NCBI GenBank assembly: GCA_051362555.1
Contig: CM120641.1
Span: 2,046,001 to 2,110,000, forward strand
Length of the DNA stretch: 64,000 nt
From: Lingula anatina
Taxonomy: Eukaryota; Animalia; Brachiopoda
Direction: 5' to 3'
Positions 39,607 to 52,385 of the stretch are shown here, piece after piece. The translations under genes were made by a program, and so were the position numbers. Positions within the stretch are counted from its first letter, which is position 1. Each line of letters begins with the position of its first letter. The notes beneath the pieces were generated by a model that was not told the DNA's origin, ran no database searches, and saw only the letters and a program-made list of their open reading frames with translations.

Positions 39607-40167
39607 TGTCGGGACCGACATAAAGATCGTACGAAGTAATATGACGTAATGTGTTATAGTGCAATAGCTTTTGAGTAATGCGGCGGTCTCTATGTATGAC
39701 GCCGAAGTAAAGAAATCAATTATACAATTAAAGGTAATTATGTTTGACGTACATCTCATACTAGTGCAGCACTGGATCCATGTAAAGATAACAAAATGGT
39801 ATTTAAAGTAAGTGATGAGAATTGGAGAGGGAGATAGACTGGGGACATGTAGAAGGAAGCAGCGGAGGAGGAGGTTGGAAGCGACGGAGTACGCAGCTGG
39901 CGGGTTAAGAGTTGGAGGCTTCACTTAGAATATCATGTAGTTACTTAGCGTCAACGAATAAATCGTTTAACTGGTCATTATGTGGACTTGGGTTTTCTTT
40001 GCGCGACTTACGTAAATCTGACACGAACCGGGGAATCTTTGGATTGCGTTATCCACTAAGTTAGACGAAAACGTAATGTCCTATTTCGAGCCCACGCTTG
40101 AATTAAGCGTTCAAAATTATATAAGTTTAGGACATTCATCATAGGCATATGTAAAAGGTTCATTACA
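39607..40167 (+). repeat. Third LTR (561 bp)
   Basis: Same sequence by eye; separated from LTR2 by AAATA and followed by the TSD TTAT. Confidence 0.95.
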
Positions 40168-41883
40168 TTATTGAGTACATGTTTTACACCCCTTTTCCAT
40201 AGATTTTTAGATCGATCTATCCCTGTGGGAAGTCTCACTAGATTACTGTCAGCTTGGCCGGCTTAAGCGTCTGTCCCGCCTACTAAAAGCTGTAAGGGGG
40301 TAATTAACTATGGTGCCCGCTCGGCTGACTGCAATTTAGAGTGAAGCCCCAGGGAGTTAGGTGGATCTAAAACTTAATCTTTAGATCAATCTAAATCTCT
40401 GGGAAAGCACCCATAGTCATACTATCATATGATACTCCATATAGTGGAAACATATAACTGGACATTTCTTAAAACCAAAAATTAGATGAAAAATTAAAAA
40501 CGAATTATAAGAAATTTGTCCAGGAGACATTTTGGTGATTCAGCATAGGGGATGGACCATGCTTCTCTTACGTAAAAAAACAAGCTAGTTGTTCTCTTTG
40601 CCTCAAGTTTAATTGCATGGTAAATTCCACAAACCTTTGTATAGTCACTCCTTTACTGAACTTCAAAAATATGTGTCACTATTCCTTTAATCTGATAAGG
40701 AAACTAAACAACACAAGCATTCAGTATTTACACATATAGTACGATATTAGACCCACGTTTGTGTATGTGTTTGGGGGGGGGAGGGGGAGGTGTCTCTAGG
40801 GTTTGAATGAACCTCCTTGTGGATAGATATCCACTTTGAATTATTCTATAACTAATTAAGTAAGGGGTTGAATATTATTAGTTTAAGTTCCTTTTTTCTC
40901 GAAAAAGAACCCCGCTTTTAAAACTGGTGGCAGCAGCTCTGCATCAAATATTTCTATAATGCCATTTCTTATGGTTGACAGGTGGATTTATTTTTCCTCC
41001 TCTATAGATTATATGGAGCTATATATACCTGTACAAAACAACAAAATCATAATCAGCATGTGAGCAGCAGGATTTTTCTTCCATTGGTTCATCATCACCA
41101 CTTTTATTAAGCTCTGAAAATCATAAATCTTATAGAAATTTCCAATCCCCTCCCCCTCAAAAAGATAAGAGAAAGAGAGAGAAAGAAAGAGAGAAAGCGA
41201 TAGTAGAGGAAATCCCAACAAGCTGACTAATCTTTTGCAGTGTGCCGAAGTGAGGCAGAGGTCAGTCAGTGATGAATGAGGTCATCTTGTGGTCAGTTTG
41301 TGGTCACTGGACCTTGTGAACGTAAGTCTAGCTGACTCAATGGGGTCTCCAAGGGCCTCCAGTTACACACGATAATAGACCAATATTCAAAAGAATGGCT
41401 CATATAATTCTTTTCTTCAGTGGTGGGGATTTCCAGTCTGTTTTTTTTTTTCCACTGTAAGAAAATTTTAAAGGTCTAGCTCAATCAAAATGCACAAGTA
41501 TTTTACCTTTAATTTTATTCTAAAATCCCAGTTCTACAAACAGTGGCTAGCTAGTTCAAAGCAATGTATATTTGTCATGTATGAAATAATAATATATCCC
41601 TAATGACTAAAGATAATTAGATTTGGAGAGAAAATCCTATTTAGAAAACGATTAAATATCATTTTACCATGATATATAAACATAATCCGCAAAGTTATTC
41701 CAGTTGATCTACATGTAGTAAATACAACAATCAAATTGTCCTCTACATCATAATTAAAATGGGACTCATATCAGCCAGCCTGTCTACCAAAACTGTATTA
41801 GCACACTGTCACACCTAACACACTGTCACATCTAACACAATGTCACACCTAACACACTGTCACATCTACCACAGTTAACTTAC

Positions 41884-42007
41884 CTATCACCACAGGTTTA
41901 GGCACATCATAGTTTTGAAACACTGTATCCGGATCAGGTGTATGCCCTGTTGTCCATGCTCGTGGCCGGCGACCCAAAATCCTCTCTGCGAACTTTTTAA
42001 ATGGCAT
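41884..42007 (-). CDS. Probable upstream first coding exon of the PIK3AP1-like gene
   Basis: ATG-initiated 124-nt open exon MPFKKFAERILGRRPRAWTTGHTPDPDTVFQNYDVPKPVVI with a strong G|gtaagt donor. Phase 1 joins in frame to cag|AT ATG GCG at 28051. Confidence 0.6.
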
Positions 42008-44175
42008 ATTTGAAAAAGTTTTCAGCAACCAGTATAAGAAGCTGAATATAAGCCTGCTTCATAAACAAATGTTAAAATAAGTGTTTATCTCCTGATTCAT
42101 CATCAAGGAGTTCCACTGTTATAGTTTGAGATACTTAAGATGTGATGTGAATGCACATATAATAATTAACATCTACCTCTGCTAGTTCAAAATAACCACT
42201 GTTCTCTGGATTCACTGAGTATATATGGAGGATAGAAACCCAAATCAGTTATCATTCATGATTCTTGATCACTGGCATGGCACATTTTTTTCTGTGCTGC
42301 CTCAATTTCTTCACATAACTTTCCTGTTTTTCAGTGCCACCATTTGTCAAATCATTTAGATGTCACTATCCATTCACATCACTCCAGACGTACTCCATAA
42401 TAACCCTCTGTAGGATGGTTTATAAAAGTATACATCATTTTTGTTCAGCCAGGAATAATGAGCTGTTGCTGCATTCTATAGCTCTATCAAACTACAGTTT
42501 TATCTATGTAACAGACCTGAAGAGCACTTTCCACTGAATCAGGCTGAAAGGTTATGATTTATCACGTGTATATATACACCTACCCAACAGGCAAGTTAAG
42601 AGAGACTGTCACTTAGTAGTACATCCCCTAAATGCTCAAGTTGAATATCTATATATATCATTTCCTTGTACATGTATTGCTGTCAGCATTATTACAAAAA
42701 CTGTCACTTAAAGAGCCCTGTTGAACATGTATAACAACCATTCACCATGTGTCTGCTGACAACTTCACTCCACAAGTTCACTCGTGTTTCATCAAAACTT
42801 GATCTGGCGATAACTACTGGACAGTACAAACAAGGCAGTATACAAACAACCCTGCAGAGTAGCAGCCCCTTCTGTCAATCTCCTCTGATACAATCCAGTC
42901 TGCTTTATCCTAATAACAGGTGTTTTTCTACCTGTTTATCCAGCACCTTGTTCCAGCTGAGGGGACATTAAGTGAGCAGCCCATGGATATGATGCCCACT
43001 GGTCAGTTCTATCCATAACCAAAAAAATGTCTTCCTACTACTACTACCACTACATAACCATCTGTACAGCTTGTGACTTAGTCATAAAGACCTTCAACAT
43101 GCGATATGTTAAAACTCTCTCTTCTGGGTTCTATCTGTATTCAATCTCTGTCCAAAGCTTCCTGTCTTACTGCTAGTTAACAGTCCAAAGGGCTTATAAC
43201 ACTATCGTATATGCAAGGGAATTCCCTGCCATGAAAGTTTCCAACAGTAACTGACAGCAAAAGAGGAAGTAAGCGTAAGACAAAAATACAAATTAGCATA
43301 ATATAGCCCCTAAGGTACAGGAGTGCTTATCTTCAGACATCACGAAGGGTGGCAATACCTGTATTATTCATTTGAAAGTTCTAAACAAACAAGATTGTTG
43401 GCTGACAAGGGCATTTAATTTCAATCTTGAAAATATATGACACTGTTATTTGCATGCACAGTAGGCGTAACACCAAACCTCGTCATGTCGCATGCATACA
43501 ATAATATTTGCCTTTGACGGCAGCATTTTAAACCTTTCTTATGGCCATCAACTTTATCTTGACTTACCAATCTATTTTATAATTTTGACAGGACAAATAG
43601 TTTCTTTGCTTTGGTAGTCTATCATTTTTTCTAGTTTAGAGAACTAGTTGATAACTCTTTGATAACTTTGATATGGAATGATGATGATGTATGGTATAAA
43701 ATTATTTTACTTTGAAGAATGAGAGTAAATTTATCTTTAAATGCATGGAAAATTTTATAAGTAAATGCCATAATGAATGGTTTAAATAAATAAATAAATA
43801 TGTGAGGCAAAGCAAATAACTGAAAACAAAGTTGAATGCTTTTAAATGAATCTTCAAATCAAATTAAATCTCTTGTGTAACTTAAAAGTACTGAATTTTT
43901 TATAAATCTGCATGCTAGCATGTTGATCGAATATCCCCAGTGCATCTGCAGCAGATTTAAGTCCAATCAATTCTACTGCAAACTATTTTTGTCATTACAA
44001 TAACAGAAAATGGTATTTAATAGCAAGTTATAACTATATCCTCTAAAAACCAGGGTCATCCCTTTTATGCCCCTGAACCGTTACCACCCCATCTCAACCC
44101 CCTCATCAATGCTTTGATGCATTGTTACCCTAGGTCCAATAGCAAATTTTTATATGAAACATGCATCATCCACAT

Positions 44176-44247
44176 AAAACCCACAACCATGAAGACATAA
44201 CCCACAACCATGAAGACATAACCCACAACCATGAAGACATAACCCAC
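44176..44247. repeat. 21-bp tandem repeat, about 3.5 copies
   Basis: aacccacaaccatgaagacat repeated. Confidence 0.85.
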
Positions 44248-44579
44248 ATCAATATTGCCATTCTGATTTTTCTTTGCAACACTGGTTTTTGAATTACCAT
44301 CAGAAAATCTTAATTGCTACTTTTGGGTCCCCATTTTTGAAAAAAAAATATCATTTTTTATGCGTCAAGTTTTTCAGTTTGGAGTAACAATAAACTCAGG
44401 ACAGTGGGGGGGGGGGGGGGGGGGGGGGGGGCGCCTTACATGTACCTGTGAAAACTGAGGCAAGGGCCAGGGTGGGACTTATAGAGGATAGGGGTTGTAA
44501 GATATATTCCACTTTTTCAGAAAAAGAAACCCTCCTTAAAACTGCTGGCCACAGGCCTAAGCTGATTCTTTTCATCATT

Positions 44580-45232
44580 CATTTGGCGCTCACCGACCAC
44601 TTATACCCCGGAAGAAAAACAGAAATCGAAACAGCAAAGCTGACACGCGGTAAAGAGGAAAGCGGATCTTTCTCTATTCTTACCCGAACAGGTGGTGCCG
44701 GTTTCCCAGGCCCCTTGACCAACACAGCTATAAACTCTTCTTTCTGTGTCCTGTCTGTGTTTGTTTTGACTCCTACCTTCACGGTGACAGTGTCACTTCA
44801 CTTTACAACTTTTTTATTGCTGTCGTTGACCTTACGAGTGGAACTGTTACCCGTAATAAAACTGTTATCTCCTCTTTTGCCTTTTAATTCTTCTATTAAA
44901 TCATGCTCTCAGAGCTCTCCCAGGCTCTACGTCCTTGATGGAGCTACAACAAATCATGTGAAGGACTTTGAATGCCCTGTCTGGGACCTTAGTCTGACCG
45001 CTATCATCGACCAACGTGCTGAAGATTACGGGAGAGCAAACACTGATTAGATTGATAGCGTGGGTAATTTATTTACTTCCTGGTTAAGGTGAACACAATA
45101 TACAGCTCAGCTGTGTCACAGCTAACGCAATTTTTAAAGCTCTTGCGGAACAGGAGACCTGATAATGCTTATCTAGCAACAAAAGCGTCAGTACTTATCC
45201 GTATTTCATCTTATTTATGCAGTAATTTAAAG
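44580..45232. promoter_or_regulatory. Probable CCDC103 promoter and 5'UTR exon, possibly bidirectional
   Basis: CpG-richer region; ETS-like CCGGAAG (44608) and ACTTCCTG (45075); donor aaag|gtatgt at 45232; acceptor ccag| at 45483 just before the CCDC103 ATG. Confidence 0.45.
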
Positions 45233-45489
45233 GTATGTATAGTCATCTTGATAGTTTTTAAGTCACCTCATGTTACACAGAGTGCCCAGAATTGGATCTA
45301 CTTACTTCACGAGATTTTTTTATCAATCAAAGGGATAATTCAAACTCCTTATTTTCAGGCTTCAAATTCAACCCGTTCTTGGGGCAGAACTTATGCAGCA
45401 GGCCTCCTATCCACCCCAAACCCATCTGAAACATTCTCAGTCCTTGATTTTTCTACGTATTTTGTTTGTTTTTCTAAATCCAGTGTAAA

Positions 45490-45647
45490 ATGGCTTCAGC
45501 CAAGGAAGATAAGATAGACTTTGACAAACTGGAGCAGGAGCTGAGTGCAGCAGTCACAGCAGATGAGCGATATTGGAGAGAGAACGATGCCAAGTTCAGG
45601 GCCGTCAACCAAAAGGTGGCCACATATGATGAGTTTAGGTAAAGAAG

Positions 45648-45687
<40 letters not shown>

Positions 45688-47843
45688 ATTTATTGTATTT
45701 CCTGGTTAGGATCTCTCTTTTTTTTCATGAATTTTGATAATCGGCTTTTGAATTCTGCCAAGGAATGTAAACAGAAGCCTATACCCTCATGTACTGCTGT
45801 AATCTTTGTTTTATTAGACCTGAAGCTGATCTTTGCTTCTTTGACCCTCACCTGAGGTTCAAGTTGAAACTACATGAAGGTAAACCACAAACTTTCAAAA
45901 TTATCTTCCACATTGTGCTGACTGCTCTGTACCATTGTCTTAGACCTGAATGAGCTATGACATGAGGCAATTCCCTTTTTCTTTCCTTCAGAATTCCTTA
46001 GGTTTAATGAGGGTATGTGAACTAACATTTGTATTTTTGATAGGATATTTTGCTATTCTTTACCTTTAATTTTGGATGCACTGTAGCACAGATATATAAA
46101 AGGTTTCATTTGTTACCTGTCACTGTCATTCTGTTAGTTGTGATAAGAAGCAGTTTTACAAGTGTGTTATTGTGCTGCTTCCCTATCTCTTGTAGGGATA
46201 TAGTGCTTGCAGCTCATCTGAAACCTCTGGAGAAGACAGACAAGATACAACAGGACAGATTCAAGCAGCCATGGAATACCATTGCTGACTCGGCGTCTTT
46301 GTCTTCTTCCAACACTTCTGACACAGACACTTTGCAGAAAGTATGTGTGAACGTCGATATTATAATTACTAAATAGATACATTGCACTAGTAAGATGTTT
46401 TTCTTAATGCATTAATAGAACCCTAGATTAATTGCATGCAGTAAAAATTCAGTATTTCTTTCAATGTGAACAAAAATTTTAACAAACAAAAAAGAAAAAA
46501 AAAAGAAAAAGAAAAATGGGGTTAGAAGTAATAACTTTTCTTGAAGCAGGTAGATGAAGGTTTTTTTCCCGTTTTTAATTACAGGGTGACAAAAAAAAAA
46601 AAAAATTGAAATTTTAAATCCTACAAAGGTCCATCAAAATTCAAGAAATTTGCTGGTTTTTAACTTCAATATGGGCATGATCATTCCAAAGTTTCAGTAT
46701 TCTTGGTTGCTTTGCATAAAAGGAATGTTCTTTTTAAAAGTGTTCTCCCGAGGCAACGAATGCACACTTGAATATGTGGCAAAATTTTGTTAATTTCTCA
46801 AACACATTTCTCCTTCGGGATTTACCTGATTTTTACTGTGATTGCTCTCCACCATTCACCGATCATTTGAGGGTTGTTCTGGTACACTTTATCTTTGAGA
46901 TACCCCCACAAATAAAAATATGGTGAGGTTCAAGTCCATTGAATGCGGTGCCCACTCAACGTCACACTCTCTGCTAATCAGCCACTCCTGAAATCGCTCT
47001 CTCAGTAAGGCTATTAAGTCTCACCTTGGTACCTGTCACTGTGTGATCACCTGGATGGCCTGAATGTATGACACTCAATGAGGTGATGGTCTATCCAGGG
47101 CAGCATACACCTAGTAAAAGGTATCAGGGTGAGATGGCAATAACAATTTGTCTTTGATATGACCACATAAATGTCAGAGTTTGATTTATATATATGTTGT
47201 CTTAGATAGGGGTAAATGTTGCATACCATTTATTGTAATGCAAGTTGTGCTTAGCACAGAGATCCATGCTCTTTCACTCAGCATTTTGAGCGACTGATGT
47301 CTAGAAAATACTTAATACAAGCTTTTCGAAAACTTGCATTTGATAGGAATCTCCACATGAAAACAAAGTTTACAAGACTGCTATGAATATTTTGCTTGAA
47401 TAATGACCATTATCATTAAAAAAAAAAAACATTTTTATGCATTTCAGATGGAAATAAAAATTCCAAACAATGGGCATGAATTTGCACAATCCTGGAGGCG
47501 CCACTGCAAGACCAGCCAAGACAAGCTTAATTACCTCCGACACATTGGAAGCAAAAACTTACAAGCAATATTCAAAGCGGAGATCAGTTTTGGTCTTCTA
47601 GGAGAAATTATAGACGCACTTCTTAATGACTTGTCTGACAATATTTTTGTAGTGGAAGTACTGGAGAGTTTGACCCTTGCTGGGCGCTTTGGTTTATCAC
47701 TGACATTTTTAAGCAGCTCAGAGAAAGAAAACTGTGAAAAGCTATTTAGCAAGCTTGATGGAGAAATTCCAGAGGATAACACGGATTTGAAAAATATGTT
47801 GGAAAAACTGAGAGAGAAATTTCAAGTGAAAACATCTTCATGA
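45490..47843 (+). CDS. CCDC103: Coiled-coil domain-containing protein 103 (dynein arm attachment factor DNAAF19), 229 aa
   Basis: Exons 45490-45638 ([41 protein letters not shown]), 46196-46340 ([13 protein letters not shown]) and 47448-47843 (RPAP3_C-like: EFAQSWRR...[14 protein letters not shown]...[11 protein letters not shown]). Phases add up. Confidence 0.95.
46582..47020 (-). mobile_element. Decayed Tc1/mariner transposase 3' fragment with terminal TIR
   Basis: Minus strand reads [26 protein letters not shown], then after a frameshift [17 protein letters not shown] (WPxxSPDLN...WGYLK motif). Ends at TA|CAGGGTG (46580-46588). Confidence 0.8.
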
Positions 47844-49277
47844 CGTAGTGCACCTCAAAAGTTGCTTGGTGTAAGGATGTTGGTTAGATAACTTGAAGTG
47901 TAGAATTTGAAATTGAAGCAAAATGAAGAATTTTTGAAATTATGAATAATGTTTCTTATGATAATTTAATATGTAAGTATGAAATATTGTTTCAGTTAGG
48001 TGTGATGTTGGCAACCAAAAAATAACTCCATGTTCCATTGTTAAAATTTACTTGTCCGAACAATCTGGTTTTGAAGTATATCACAGAACTGACAGGTACA
48101 TTAACTGAGACCTAAATTTCCGGTACTGTATCCTGTGAAGAAAATATATAGGGTCTTTCATATCTAATAAAATAAGGGGGAAAAACAAACATGTGAAACA
48201 CATTCATCAGGCATAATGCATGTCCCATTAAATATGGAAAACAATTTAAAATCAAATTATTTATTGGCATTCTTACATGTTGGTAAAATTAGTTTTCTAG
48301 CAAAAAATGAGAATGTTTTCTAATTACACTATAAACATTTTTACATGGATATACATCCTAGATTACAATATTTTTTTTTTACTTCTTTAGCTTTGATCCT
48401 ATTTTAGGAAACCCTTTTATGATAACAACAAGTGTTCAGGATCCTTAGATAAGCATACTAATGTTATCAAATTTAATTGTCTACATAATTATGCAACTAT
48501 TGAAAAACATATCACTATGGTAACGATGATGCTTTGCATTTTTGTAGTAATAAAATGTTTTTTTTATCTTTCTAGGATAATGGATAATGAAAAACTGACT
48601 TGTGTTACATCAGCACAACTAATTTACAGCACGTTGTAAATGAAATCAAACACTTCTTAAAACCTGCTTTCCCCATCAAAACTATTTTAAAGCACCGTAT
48701 ACAAAATATTATATGATCGTTTTTAATAAAAATTACTCTGGAATACATTAAATAGAAAATTTAATTGACATAATTTTTTTCCAAAAAATAGAAACTAACT
48801 TATTTTCAAAAGCAATTCTCCAACTTTCTCTTGAAAATTCCTTAATATCTTGCCATTTTTGCTCCCTGCCTGGAGTGATGTAGGAATGCATTTTTAAAAT
48901 ATGAAAATTCACAGTGAGGAAGAAAAATGACAACATTTCATGCTTGGGACAAACTTATGAAAAATTGTCCTGCAAACACTCAAAAGTACTTCATACCAGC
49001 TAATCCTGGCGATCTGAAATCTGTTGTGTTGAGAAAGCAAAATTATGGCTTGATTCTTAGATCACCCCATGCCTTGCTACATGTAAATCTGCTCTCACTA
49101 ATTCATCTCAATCTGGATATGGATTTGAAGTTTATTTAAATATATCAGCCCAAAAGAACCCCCTATTGTTCCACCCTCTGCTAAATAGCATGGTCTCTCA
49201 AAGCTTTTTACAAATGCCAAAAGAAATCAATTTCCAATTAAAAAAAAATAGTGGCATCACAAATCAGACATTTTAGC

Positions 49278-52200
49278 CTACTGGGACTCGTACAGAACTT
49301 GCAGTAAACGCCTCACTCCTGGCTGTGCTGTAGTCGGTGTCGTAGCTGTGGTCGAGCCAGAATCACTGGATTTAGGTGGGAGAACCCCCGTGGAAAACAA
49401 GATAATCAATGTCAGTACTATTATGACAATGATCACAGTGCACACTAGGCATATTGTCATTTTGGTGTTTTTCCACCAATATTTCTTCCTGACCTTCCTG
49501 GCAGTTGTGGAAAACATCTTTGACTAAGAAGTGAAATGAAAGAAAAGGATATGTAAGGGTAGGAAATTAACTGTGTACATGATGACAAACAAACATTTTG
49601 TAGTTGGTATTTAACATATAAAATCTTTATATTTTTACAGAAAACAGGCTATTTACCAATTTACTGACAAACAACTTGCATCTGAAAATAATATCAACTT
49701 GTGCTAAATAACTTAAAGTTCTTAAAGTTCTAAAGATCTTAAAGTTACCATAAAGTAAAAATCTAGCATTATTCATTAATTAAGAGAGAAACAAGTTTAT
49801 ATTTCAAATACTTTAAAAAATTCTCCCTATGAAATAGGTGAAATTAAGAAAACAGAAAAACTAGCAAATATACACACATACCAAAAATTTATTTTCAATG
49901 GGCAATAATTTTTGAAAATATTACTAAGTTAAATTTTATGTTCAATTTCAAACCCCTCCCTCCCATACACAATTTTTTTTACTGAATGGGACATTGCAAT
50001 AAGTTAACTGCAATACTCACAGTGCCTTCCAATTCCTCACTCCTCTCCACCAGTGTGTCCAGTTTTTCTCCTCTCTCCAACACTTTCTCAATGTTCTGTG
50101 TCATAATGCCCTTGACTTCATTCACTTGTTTTTGTACGGCTGACATATTATCACCACCAGAACTGCTTGAAAATTTCTCCTGAAATTTAATTCAGAATAT
50201 GAACAAGACATGCTTTGCCGTAATTAATCAATTGGGAAAAAATCTACCAAAATATAACTAGTACAAAATGAACACCCACTGTTCACTGTATAAAACATCA
50301 GTTACAAGGTTAATATTAAAGTCTCTGAATTTTAACAAAATTGCTATATCACATTATCCAAAAAATATTTTATTTGTATGTCCAAAGAAAATGATTCAAA
50401 AGTTTTAAAAAAGAAACTGGGTATAAGTAAGATACTTTTTCTGTGCAAAAAAATTGAAAATTTATAAAGTTATGGTATTGCAATCTAATGGTGTGAGCAA
50501 TTGCAACATAATTCTCAAATTGTGTTTCAAAAAGAAAAAAAAGCTTTTTCCTTACAAAGTTAGGGCATTGATTTTGACTATATTTTAAATAAATGGGAAA
50601 GCTTTCATATTATGCTGACTTTGGTCGGTTCATGTTTTTTTTTTTAATTTTAGCTGAAAGTTTTGTGAAAATCCCCTAAATGGTCAAGATTACAGCACCA
50701 GACACACAAACTTAACTTGGTTGGTCACAAAGAAAATACCCTGTTCATTATATCAATAATAGTTGATACAGGTGGCTCTCACAACCAAAGTTGATCTAAT
50801 AGATCCGCACCTCAAATATGGCTGACACTCCTAAAAGTTTACTGCGCAATCCCTGCATGAAGTCTATTAAGTGTCTATAAGGGGATTATGTGGCCAGCTT
50901 ACGAGTTGGTCAGCCATATTTGAGCTGCGGATCTGTTAGTCCAGGGATCAACATGTTATCAATGTGCTTGCAGTTACAAGCAATGGTAAAAATTGTGGAA
51001 GCTGGTTGTGCAAGAATAACTACATCATGCTAGACAAACCTAAGAATACCAAGTTGCCTACCATATTCTGAGCCAGGACTTGGGCAAAGTCTCTGTTAAG
51101 TTCAAATGGCAAGGCAGTGATAGCTCTGCTGGCCAGACTGCCTGACTGGAACATTCTCTTGATCTTAAAAAAAGAGACCAATATCTAAGCACAACACAAT
51201 TTGTATTAGACAAACATTTAAGTAATATAAACATCTTAAAATCACATGCTTCAAAAGACAATTCAGGTTTGTCTGTATTTAAAAATTATATTAAAAATCA
51301 ATGTTTATTATTCTACAAACAACTTTACAGTGGAATTTTAAAAAAATTCATGTAAATTTTGCACTGATGCTGTAAGTGAACATTACAAATTCATTCCAAA
51401 TTAAACAGAAACAGTCTCTCTGCCCCCCTCCACACCACCAGCCACACACACCTTGTAATACACTCTGTAGTATTCATAATTAAAAAACAAGTAAACAAAC
51501 AGGCACCTCTGTGAGAAAGGCATAGGGCTGCCTTTTTCCAAAGCTGGCTGCAGATACACACATATATATGATACCATTTTCTACTACACAGTGGAATGCA
51601 TAACTAAAAGGAAAGAGGAAAATCAACAACAGAAAAATAATCCAACAAAATAAAGTTGTACCATAAATGCCATATATAACAGTACTTAGAAATGCAATAA
51701 TAATATACAATAATCAATATGAAATAAATAAAAACTACACTACAGTATTTGATTTGTTTAGAGTAAATAAAGTTATAATTGAAGAGAGGAGGTATTATCA
51801 AATGATACATATTCCACAAAATGAAGTTCTATTAAAATCAAAAAGAATATGTAACAAACAAGGATTGAAAAAACCAAATGATTTATTTTTATAAAACAAT
51901 ACATTACCGTAACAACATACAATCAAAATGGTCTGCAGTTAACAGAAATGCATTTTTCAACTCTTCTTAACATCTTTCTTACTGTATACTTACTTGTTGT
52001 GACCCTAGTATGTGACCTTACTGTTATACTTACTTGTTGTGACCCTTGTATGTATCTTTACTGTAATACTTACTTGTTGTGACCCTTGTATGCATCTTTA
52101 CTGTTATACTTACTTGTTGTGACCCTGGTATGTGACTTTACTATTATACTTACTTGTTGTGACCCTGGTATGTGACCTTACTGTAATACTTACTTGTTGT

Positions 52201-52385
52201 GACCCTTGCATGTGGCCTTACTGTAATACTTACTTGTTGTGACCCTGGTATGTGACCTTATTGTCAGTCCTTGTTGGCACATTTCTTAGCATGTCTTCTG
52301 CCACATTCTCGAAGTCCCCAGCCCCAATCTGGTGACTACAAAGGATTGTAGCACCCCTTGATATACAACTGTATTCAATTGTCAT
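49278..52385 (-). CDS. VAMP7: VAMP7-like longin R-SNARE, 251 aa
   Basis: Exons 52385-52234 (MTIEYSCISRGATILCSH), 51603-51507 (YAFHCVVENGIIYMCV...YAFLTE), 51163-51062, 50179-50021 (VNEVKGIMTQNIEKVLERGEKLDTLV, R-SNARE) and 49523-49278 (RKKYWWKN, TM, tail). All phases are compatible. Confidence 0.9.
50796..50939. mobile_element. Small MITE/inverted repeat
   Basis: ctaatagatccgcacctcaaatatggctgac ... gtcagccatatttgagctgcggatctgttag. Confidence 0.75.
51981..52260 (-). repeat. 40-bp tandem repeat x7 containing the first VAMP7 coding exon's 3' end and splice donor
   Basis: Minus-strand unit taaggtcacataccagggtcacaacaa|gtaagtattacag; every copy retains GTAAGTAT. Confidence 0.95.

Larger units (their letters stand above)
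35142..40167 (+). mobile_element. Non-autonomous LTR retrotransposon (Gypsy-like signals) with three LTRs
   Basis: TG...CA 561-bp repeats at 35142-35702, 39041-39601 and 39607-40167. TSD TTAT at 35138-35141 and 40168-40171. PBS TGGCGACCCTCGCCAG at 35707; PPT GGAAAAAATGGAAGG at 39022-39036. No gag/pol-length ORF in the 3.3-kb interior. Confidence 0.95.

Noticed and set aside
35124-39924. Thrice-repeated minus-strand ORF MKPPTLNPPAAY...
   Set aside because: It is the antisense reading of the identical LTRs, starts at GTG, and its C-terminus varies with the flank. It has no recognisable domain.
44448-45050. 200-aa plus-strand ORF
   Set aside because: GTG start, no recognisable motif, and it lies over the CCDC103 promoter region.
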